Origin: Longimicrobiales bacterium
Lineage (GTDB): Bacteria > Gemmatimonadota > Gemmatimonadetes > Longimicrobiales > Gaopeijiaceae
DNA: 64,000 nt
NCBI GenBank assembly: GCA_965204735.1
Contig: OZ242008.1
Location: 2,944,001 to 3,008,000 of the forward strand
Direction of reading: 5' to 3'
Shown: positions 57,676 to 64,000 of the stretch, in pieces
Layout: each line of letters opens with the position of its first letter
Numbering within the stretch: the stretch's first letter is position 1
Translations under genes and position numbers: made by a program
Notes under the pieces: generated by a model
What the model saw: the letters and a program-made list of their open reading frames with translations, nothing else
The model's database searches: none
Told to the model about the DNA's origin: nothing

Positions 57676-58668
57676 ATGTCGCCGAACCGAAGGGACCCGG
57701 AGACCGCGAGCCGGTCGGGGGACGACACGATCCACGACCTGCCGTCGGGCCTGTCCATGCTCCCATGGGAGCTCCCGCGCGTCTTTCTCGGGATGGACGG
57801 GGCCAAGGCGACCCACGCCGAGGCCGGCACGTGGATCCTGCCGGTGCCCTACGAAGCCACCGCCAGCTGGGGAACGGACACGCGCCGCGGCCCCCAGGCG
57901 ATCATCGACGCTTCCCGCTACGTGGAGCTGTACGACCAGGAGCTGGGCCGCGACCCGTCCGAGGGGGGCGTCTACACCTTCCCGGCGCTGGAGCTGGAAC
58001 GGGGCGCGGCAGACCGAGCCATGGCCGAGCTGGAGCGGGCGTTCGGCCTCGTTCTCGACGCCGCCGCGGGTCGGCGCGTGATCATGCTCGGCGGCGAGCA
58101 CTCGGTGTCGGCACCGGCGATCCTGGCCCACGCGGCTCGCTGCGACGGGCGCCTCGCCGTCCTCCAGCTGGACGCCCACCTCGACCTGCGGGACACCTTC
58201 GACGGCACTCCCTACTCCCACGCTTGCGCGATGGGCCGCGTGGTCGACGTGGTCGATCTGGTCTCGGTGGGCGTCCGGGGGATCGGCGCGGAGGAGTGGA
58301 GGGTCGTGCAGGAGCGCGACAACGTGGCTGCTTTCACGGGCGAAGCCATGGCCGAAGACGACGGCTGGATGGACCACGCGCTGGAGGCGCTGGGCGATCC
58401 AGTCTACCTCACCTTCGACGTGGACTTCTTCGATCCGTCGCTGGCGCCTTCGACGGGCACACCCGAGCCCGGCGGCGGCAACTGGCGCCAGACCACCAAC
58501 TTCCTGCGGCGGGTGTTCGCGGAGCGCCGGGTCGTCGGGGCCGACGTGGTGGAGCACGCGCCCATTCCTGGCCTTGCCGCGCCCGACTTCCTGGTGGCGA
58601 AGCTGATCTACAAGATCATCGGCTACTGGACCGATGCGGACGCGCGGCCGATCCGTCCGCCAGCATGA
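57676..58668 (+). CDS. speB: Agmatinase (ureohydrolase family)
   Basis: PYEATAS, GGEHS, DAHLD, DVDFFD, STGTPEPGG, DVVE. Confidence 0.9.
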   Translation: MSPNRRDPETASRSGDDTIHDLPSGLSMLPWELPRVFLGMDGAKATHAEAGTWILPVPYEATASWGTDTRRGPQAIIDASRYVELYDQELGRDPSEGGVYTFPALELERGAADRAMAELERAFGLVLDAAAGRRVIMLGGEHSVSAPAILAHAARCDGRLAVLQLDAHLDLRDTFDGTPYSHACAMGRVVDVVDLVSVGVRGIGAEEWRVVQERDNVAAFTGEAMAEDDGWMDHALEALGDPVYLTFDVDFFDPSLAPSTGTPEPGGGNWRQTTNFLRRVFAERRVVGADVVEHAPIPGLAAPDFLVAKLIYKIIGYWTDADARPIRPPA

Positions 58669-58807
58669 AGCCCGCCGGCAACGCGGAAGCCGCCGGCAAC
58701 GCGATGGAAGCCGGGCTCGACCTCGGAGATCAGTCGTCTGGCACAAGTCGCCCAGGCTGTTACTTTGGAGTTTCGTTTTTCGGCCCACCGACCCTGGAGC
58801 AGTGCTC

Positions 58808-60001
58808 GTGACTGGACTCGCCGTTGCCGTACCGGTGGCAGCCCTCGCGGCCTTGGGCGCCGTCCGATCCGCCGGCCAAGAAGTCGTCGAACTTCCTGCC
58901 GAAGACCGACCACTGGACGGGGCCTTTGAGGAGGTCTACCGAATCGGCTCCTTCGGCGGAGAGGAATGGGAGACCTTCGGCAGCGTCGCTGGCATGACTT
59001 TCGACGAAGCCGGGAACCTGTACGTCGTGGACGGTCAGGCGTCGCGGATCGTAGTTGTGGATCGAGAGGGCGGCTTGGTCCGGACGGTGGGGAACGCCGG
59101 GGAAGGACCGGGCGAGTTCGGCGACGGGCCGCCAGTGACGGCCGTCGGGCGCGACGGTCGTGTGGTCGCCTTCGAGATCATGCGACGCGCATTCCAGATA
59201 TTCGGCCCGGACGGCGTGTTCGAGCGGTCCGTTCGCGTCGGCGGAACCGGGTACGTGATCGTCCCGGCATTGCAGTCCTTCCCCGGGGGCGGCGTTCTCA
59301 GCGTCCGCGAGGTCGGCGCCATGTCGGGGCAGCCCGACGGAGCCGAGTCTGCATCGAGGCGGAGCCGGTTCGTCGAGCGGTTTCTGCTGGACGGCGACGA
59401 GGCCGTGCGCGACACGTTGGCCGAGGCGTGGCGTCCCGAAGGAGGCTTGGCGCTGGCGCCCGGACTCTACGCGGGAGCCTTGCCGGACGGCGTGGCCTTC
59501 TCGGATTCCTCCGCCTACGCCGTGAAGGTCGCGACGTTGGGCGGCGACGTGTTCCGGGTTCTGACCCGACCACTGCGCCCGGTCCCCGTGACCGACCGGA
59601 TACGGGACGCGGAACGCGCTCGTCAAATGGGCAGGGTCGGGGAGATCGACGAAGACGCCGAAAGGACCGGCGGGGATCGGGGCGCCATGGTGGCGCAGAT
59701 GGCCGAATTCATGCGTCGGCGGGTGGAGTCGCTGGAGTTCTATCCCGAGTTTCCCGTCGTCCAGGGACTGAAGACAAGCTGGACCGGCATGATCTGGGTC
59801 CACCGCAGCGGCGAGCTTCCCGGCCAGGACGGTCCGATCGACGTCCTGGGTGCGGAGGGTCGCTACGTCGGCACCTTCGCGATCGGCACGACCGCCATGC
59901 CCCGCGCGTTCGGCCCGGACGGCCTGGCCGCCTTTGTCGACAAGGACGAGTTCGACGTTCCCGTCGTGGTGGTGAAACGGCTGCCGTCCGCGGTGCGCTA
60001 A
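58808..60001 (+). CDS. Exported 6-bladed beta-propeller (NHL-like) protein; start uncertain
   Basis: Hydrophobic leader, FDEAGNLYVVD, GNAGEGPGEF, further blades. GGAG 8 nt before GTG 58808. Confidence 0.8.
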   Translation: MTGLAVAVPVAALAALGAVRSAGQEVVELPAEDRPLDGAFEEVYRIGSFGGEEWETFGSVAGMTFDEAGNLYVVDGQASRIVVVDREGGLVRTVGNAGEGPGEFGDGPPVTAVGRDGRVVAFEIMRRAFQIFGPDGVFERSVRVGGTGYVIVPALQSFPGGGVLSVREVGAMSGQPDGAESASRRSRFVERFLLDGDEAVRDTLAEAWRPEGGLALAPGLYAGALPDGVAFSDSSAYAVKVATLGGDVFRVLTRPLRPVPVTDRIRDAERARQMGRVGEIDEDAERTGGDRGAMVAQMAEFMRRRVESLEFYPEFPVVQGLKTSWTGMIWVHRSGELPGQDGPIDVLGAEGRYVGTFAIGTTAMPRAFGPDGLAAFVDKDEFDVPVVVVKRLPSAVR

Positions 60002-60026
60002 GCTAAGTGGAAGCGACCACGCCCTC

Positions 60027-63000
60027 GTGCAGATGACCGTCCCCACCATATTCGAGACCTGCGTCCCGCGAAGCGACGTCATGGCCGGAGTGGCCGACGC
60101 CGAGTTCGCGGCCGACCTGGCCCAGGTGCTCTCCGCCACCGGCAGCGCCGACTACCGCGATCCCGCTCGCTTCTTCGCCAACACGTACCCCACGCGAGGG
60201 CTCAAGAGCCTGCTCGACAACGTGTGCCGACGCCTGTCGGGGGTCGGGGGCGACGTGGCCGCCATCTTCCGCCTGGACACGTCCTACGGCGGCGGCAAGA
60301 CCCACGGGCTCATTGCGCTGGCCCATGCGGCGGGCGGCCTCGAAGGCGTGGCGAACCCCGGCGAGTTCGTGGACCCCGCCGTTCTTCCCAAGGAGCCCGT
60401 CCGCGTCGCGGCCTTCGACGGCGAGAACGCCGACCCGGCCAACGGGCGCGCGTTGGGGGACGGCGTGCTGGCCCACACCCCTTGGGGCGAGATCGCGTAC
60501 GCACTGGCCGGGCACGCCGGGTACGAACGGGTGCGCAAGAGCGACAAGGGCCGCGTTGCGCCCGGGGCCGACACCTTGCGGGAACTCTTCGGCGGCCGGC
60601 CCGCCCTGGTGCTGCTGGACGAGCTCTCCGTCTACCTGCGCAAGGTGCAGGAAGCGGAAGGCGGCCAGGACCAGCTGACGGCATTCCTCACGTCGCTCTT
60701 CAAGGCCGTCGAGAGCACCCCCAACGTCGCCTTGGTGTACACGCTGGCGGTGGGCAAGGGCGGCAAGGGCACCGACGCCTACGCCGACGAGAACAGCTTC
60801 ATCGCCGACCGAATGCAGGAAGCCGAGAAGGTGTCCGCCCGCAAGGCGACCCTTCTCAACCCCACGGAGCAGGACGAGACGGTCCACGTCCTGCGCCGAC
60901 GCCTCTTCAAGTCCATCGACGAAAGCCGGGCCGCCGAAGTCGCGTCCGCCTACGCGGCCCTGTGGAAGGTCCACGCCGATTCCCTCGCCCCCGACGCCTC
61001 GCGCCCGGAGACGCGGCAAGCGCTCGTCGACGGCTACCCCTTCCACCCCGAAGTCCTGGAGACCCTCACCGACAAGACGGCCACGCTGGAGACCTTCCAG
61101 CGCGTCCGGGGAATGCTGCGGCTGCTGGCCCGGACGATCCACCACCTCTGGGAGACCCGCCCCGACGACGCCACCGCGATTCACGTCCACCACGTCGATC
61201 CGGGCCGCGAGTCCATCCGGCAAGAGATCGTCACGCGCCTGGGCCAGACCCAGTACGTGCCCGCCATCGACGCCGACGTGTCCAGCGGCAACGCCGACAA
61301 GAAGTCGCTCGCCCAGCAGATCGACGCCGACCATCACCGGGGACTGCCTCCTTACGCCGAGTACGCGGCGCGCACGATCTTCCTGCACACGCTGGCGTAC
61401 AACGAACCGCTGAAGGGAGTGTCTCCGCCCGAACTGCGCTACTCGGCGCTCGGCCCTGCGACGGACTTGAGCTTCATCGAAGACGCCCGCAAGAAGTTCG
61501 TCGCCGAGTCGGCCTACCTGGACGACCGGCCCGGCGCGCCGATGCGCTTCCTGGCGGAGGCCAACCTTACGCAGATCGTCCGCCGCGAGGAGCGCAACGT
61601 GGACGCGGAAGAGGTGCGCGCCCAGCTGAACGCCGGCATCCGCACGATCTTCGAGGGCAAGACCCTGGAGGCCGTGTGCTTCCCCGGCGGCCCCCACGAC
61701 GTGGCCGACGAAGCGGGCGAAAGCCGTCCCAAGCTGGTGGTCGTCTCGTACGACGCCGTGGCGCTCGAAGGGACCGTGGACCTTGTGCCCCACCTGATCG
61801 AACGAATCTACTCGCGCAAGGGCTCGGACGGCTCGGCGCTCCGCCTCTTCCGCAACAACGTCGTCTTCGTGGCGGCGGACGAGTCCCGTCGCGAGGAGAT
61901 GCGGGACAGGGTGCGGCGGCGGCTGGCGTTGCGGGAGCTCAAGAAGCCGGAGCGGCTGAAAGCGCTGGCGGACCACCAGCAGACCAAGGTGCAGGAGTGG
62001 GCTCGGCGCTCGGAAACGGACGAGGCCGTGTCGATACAGCAATGCTACCGCCACGTCTTCTACCCCTCGCGCAACAAGGTCGGCGAGAGCACGGTCGATC
62101 TGGCGCACACGGCCATTGACGCGCCCTCGACCTCCGAAAAGCCGGGCGCGGGGCAGCAGCAGGTCGTCCGCGTGCTCCAGGACTTGGTCAAGCTGCGGCT
62201 GGCCGACGACGAGCCCGACTCTCCGGCGTACGTGCGGGACCGGACCCCGCTTCGCAAGGGGGAGATGACGACCCGCGCGCTTCGCAGCGAGTTCCGGCGC
62301 GACCCGTCGCTGCCCATCCTGGTGGGCGACGACGTCTTCGTGCAGGGCGTGCGAAACGGGGTCGAGCAGGGCGAATACGTGTACCGGAGCGGGGAGCTGC
62401 TCTACGGCCCGGGCGACCCGTCGGCGACGATTCGGATCGACGAGCAGTCGGTAGTGCTCACGATGGCCTACGCAAAGAACAAGGGCGTGTGGCCCAGGCC
62501 GGAGCCAGAAGGAGGCGGGGATCAAGAGGCCGAGGAGGGCGCGCCGGGGACCGAGCCCCCGCCCACCGACCGGGACGGCGCTGCGGAGGGCGGCGACGGG
62601 CAGTCGGTCGTCGGCCCGTTCGAGGTCGAGGCCCCCTTCCGCGAGGCGATCGTCCGCGTGTGGGAGAAAGCGCGCGGCCGGGGGTGCCGGCGGATCGAGA
62701 AGCTGGTCGTCCGCGTGTTCGAGGCGGACGAGGCGCTCCGCGTCATGAGCGTCGTGGGCTCGTTGCCGGGCGCGGCCAAGACGGTCAAGCTGCAGGGAGG
62801 CTACGAGACCCGCGACGGAGGCTCGCTGGAGTTGGAGTTCGCCGGGTCGATCGAGGACGCCGATCCGGTGAAGGAGTTCCTCCACTCCCAGATGCGGGCG
62901 GCCGCGAGCACCAGCCTCGAGGTCCGCTACGAGCTCGCCTTCGAGGACGGCTTGACGACCGACGAGGACGGCCCGAAGATGATCATGGAGCGGCTGTCCC

Positions 63001-63053
63001 GGTTCGTGAGCGGATCGACGGCCGTGTCGGCTACCGGAACGGAGGAGGGCTGA
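60027..63053 (+). CDS. DUF499-family AAA+ ATPase ('restriction-like' system component)
   Basis: FAADL..V, Y.DP..FF..TYPT, YGGGKTH, TPWGEIA, LLDE, YPFHP, FQRVRG.LR. Confidence 0.88.
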   Translation: MQMTVPTIFETCVPRSDVMAGVADAEFAADLAQVLSATGSADYRDPARFFANTYPTRGLKSLLDNVCRRLSGVGGDVAAIFRLDTSYGGGKTHGLIALAHAAGGLEGVANPGEFVDPAVLPKEPVRVAAFDGENADPANGRALGDGVLAHTPWGEIAYALAGHAGYERVRKSDKGRVAPGADTLRELFGGRPALVLLDELSVYLRKVQEAEGGQDQLTAFLTSLFKAVESTPNVALVYTLAVGKGGKGTDAYADENSFIADRMQEAEKVSARKATLLNPTEQDETVHVLRRRLFKSIDESRAAEVASAYAALWKVHADSLAPDASRPETRQALVDGYPFHPEVLETLTDKTATLETFQRVRGMLRLLARTIHHLWETRPDDATAIHVHHVDPGRESIRQEIVTRLGQTQYVPAIDADVSSGNADKKSLAQQIDADHHRGLPPYAEYAARTIFLHTLAYNEPLKGVSPPELRYSALGPATDLSFIEDARKKFVAESAYLDDRPGAPMRFLAEANLTQIVRREERNVDAEEVRAQLNAGIRTIFEGKTLEAVCFPGGPHDVADEAGESRPKLVVVSYDAVALEGTVDLVPHLIERIYSRKGSDGSALRLFRNNVVFVAADESRREEMRDRVRRRLALRELKKPERLKALADHQQTKVQEWARRSETDEAVSIQQCYRHVFYPSRNKVGESTVDLAHTAIDAPSTSEKPGAGQQQVVRVLQDLVKLRLADDEPDSPAYVRDRTPLRKGEMTTRALRSEFRRDPSLPILVGDDVFVQGVRNGVEQGEYVYRSGELLYGPGDPSATIRIDEQSVVLTMAYAKNKGVWPRPEPEGGGDQEAEEGAPGTEPPPTDRDGAAEGGDGQSVVGPFEVEAPFREAIVRVWEKARGRGCRRIEKLVVRVFEADEALRVMSVVGSLPGAAKTVKLQGGYETRDGGSLELEFAGSIEDADPVKEFLHSQMRAAASTSLEVRYELAFEDGLTTDEDGPKMIMERLSRFVSGSTAVSATGTEEG

Positions 63054-63054
63054 C

Positions 63055-63537
63055 GTGGCAAGACCAAGCCGAACTTCCCCTGCCGCCTTCCCCTTGTCCG
63101 CGCCCCAGTACGAGCTTCGGACGCGCAGCCGCGGACCGGCCCTCGCCGAGTACGAGATCTGGCAGCTTCCAGCGCCCGCCACGCCCCACGTGACCCGTCC
63201 CGTGCGAATCGCCGGGCTCCGCGGCCGCAACCTGGACCTGGTCGAGCACCGCGTCCTCCGCCGCTTGTCCCGCGGCGGCGTCAAGCTCCTCTCCCGAACG
63301 ACCCGCGAACCCCGCGCCTACCCCCTCTCCGAAGACTTGGCCCTCTCGATCGGCCTCCTCTTCCGCTGCCTGGCGCCGATGCGCCACCGCGACCGGATGA
63401 TCGCCGTCGCGGAAGGCGTGGACGCCATGGAGCGCGAAGAGGCCGGCTACTGGCTGGGCATGGCGATGCACCGTCGGAACCCCAGGCGCGTGCTGATGGC
63501 GCTGCGGTGCCTGCTGACGGAAGCGGGGCGGAAGTAG
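63055..63537 (+). CDS. Small DUF499-associated protein (DUF3780-like position)
   Basis: 1-nt gap after the DUF499 gene. EDLAL..GLLF, EEAGYWL, ALR.LL. Confidence 0.7.
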   Translation: MARPSRTSPAAFPLSAPQYELRTRSRGPALAEYEIWQLPAPATPHVTRPVRIAGLRGRNLDLVEHRVLRRLSRGGVKLLSRTTREPRAYPLSEDLALSIGLLFRCLAPMRHRDRMIAVAEGVDAMEREEAGYWLGMAMHRRNPRRVLMALRCLLTEAGRK

Positions 63538-63542
63538 CGGCG

Positions 63543-63679
63543 ATGCGGATTGAGCCGGACCAGAAGCAGCGCGGTGCTCGCGTTCGCCAGCTGGAATCGG
63601 AAACTTCTACCGACGTTCATTCCGCAAGGAGCGACACAGATTTTGTGGCACTGCAAGAATGGGAGGGATATGTGATCGC
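63543..63679 (+). pseudogene. 5' fragment of a small gene apparently truncated by the IS
   Basis: ATG 5 nt after the previous stop. Reads ...FVALQEWEGYVI then runs into the IS end. Confidence 0.5.
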
Positions 63680-64000
63680 GGCTCTTCCCCTGTTTCGGTG
63701 GGTGCCGTAGGATGGACGGGAGGACGGCGTGACTTTTGGAGCGAGGAGAGCGAATGGAGATGCGGGAGTGGGTGGAGCGGCTGATGGGGCTGGGGCCGGA
63801 GTGGCGGATCGAGCGCGTGGACGAGGATTCGGAGCGCCAGGAGGCGCGGGTGACGCTGGCGCGCAGGGCTGGCTCGCCGTTGCGGTGCCCGGAGTGCGGG
63901 CGGACGTGTCCGGGCTACGACGTGCGGCGCCGGGAGTGGCGCGGGCTGGACGCATGGGGACACAAGACGTTCGTGGTCTACGACGTGCCGCGGGTGGAGT
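63680..64000 (+). mobile_element. ISL3-family insertion sequence, left part
   Basis: Begins GGCTCTTC (ISL3-type terminus) and is followed by an ISL3-type transposase. Confidence 0.85.
63754..64000 (+). CDS. ISL3 transposase, N-terminal part (not in the ORF track)
   Basis: Manual translation: MEMREWVERLMGLGPEWRI...CPECG...YDVRRREWRGLD...T....VPRVE (zf-ISL3 pattern). GAGGAG site upstream. Confidence 0.88.
   Translation, partial: MEMREWVERLMGLGPEWRIERVDEDSERQEARVTLARRAGSPLRCPECGRTCPGYDVRRREWRGLDAWGHKTFVVYDVPRVE

Noticed and set aside
58665..58811. 48-aa ORF overlapping the speB stop
   Set aside because: No motifs and partly a local tandem repeat. It could be a frameshifted N-terminus of the propeller gene, but this is unsupported.
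60003..63284. 1093-aa minus-strand ORF
   Set aside because: Antisense shadow of the DUF499 gene.

Overview
A high-GC bacterial chromosome segment. No database searches were run; family names come from recognised sequence motifs. Gene content (DUF1592/DUF1552 pairs, ankyrin and cadherin proteins, a 6-bladed propeller, type-2 IleRS) suggests a Gemmatimonadota-like, possibly sponge-associated organism, but this is inference only. The backbone is mostly minus-strand housekeeping genes (ileS, rluD, rnhB, rplS, trmD, rimM, rpsP, ffh, purA, trpS), plus speB on the plus strand and several hydrolases. Five accessory blocks interrupt it. (1) A left-end defence island: partial HATPase_c_4 gene, Menshen-like DUF262/DUF3696/RelE-like trio, and an Mrr nuclease. 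(2) Two tandem diverged copies of an uncharacterised exported module: diheme DUF1592 protein, Tat-type DUF1552 protein, and an ankyrin protein ending in HxCVSC. (3) A 3546-aa adhesin-like protein with 17 tandem ~125-aa repeats, cadherin repeats, a C-terminal barrel and a C20 tract near its 5' end. (4) A Schlafen-HATPase-beta-sandwich gene followed by an ABC-type ATPase/TOPRIM-like pair. (5) A DUF499 'restriction-like' locus interrupted by an ISL3 element at the right edge. The best candidates for an undescribed system are (2) and (4). No rRNA, tRNA or CRISPR array was recognised.
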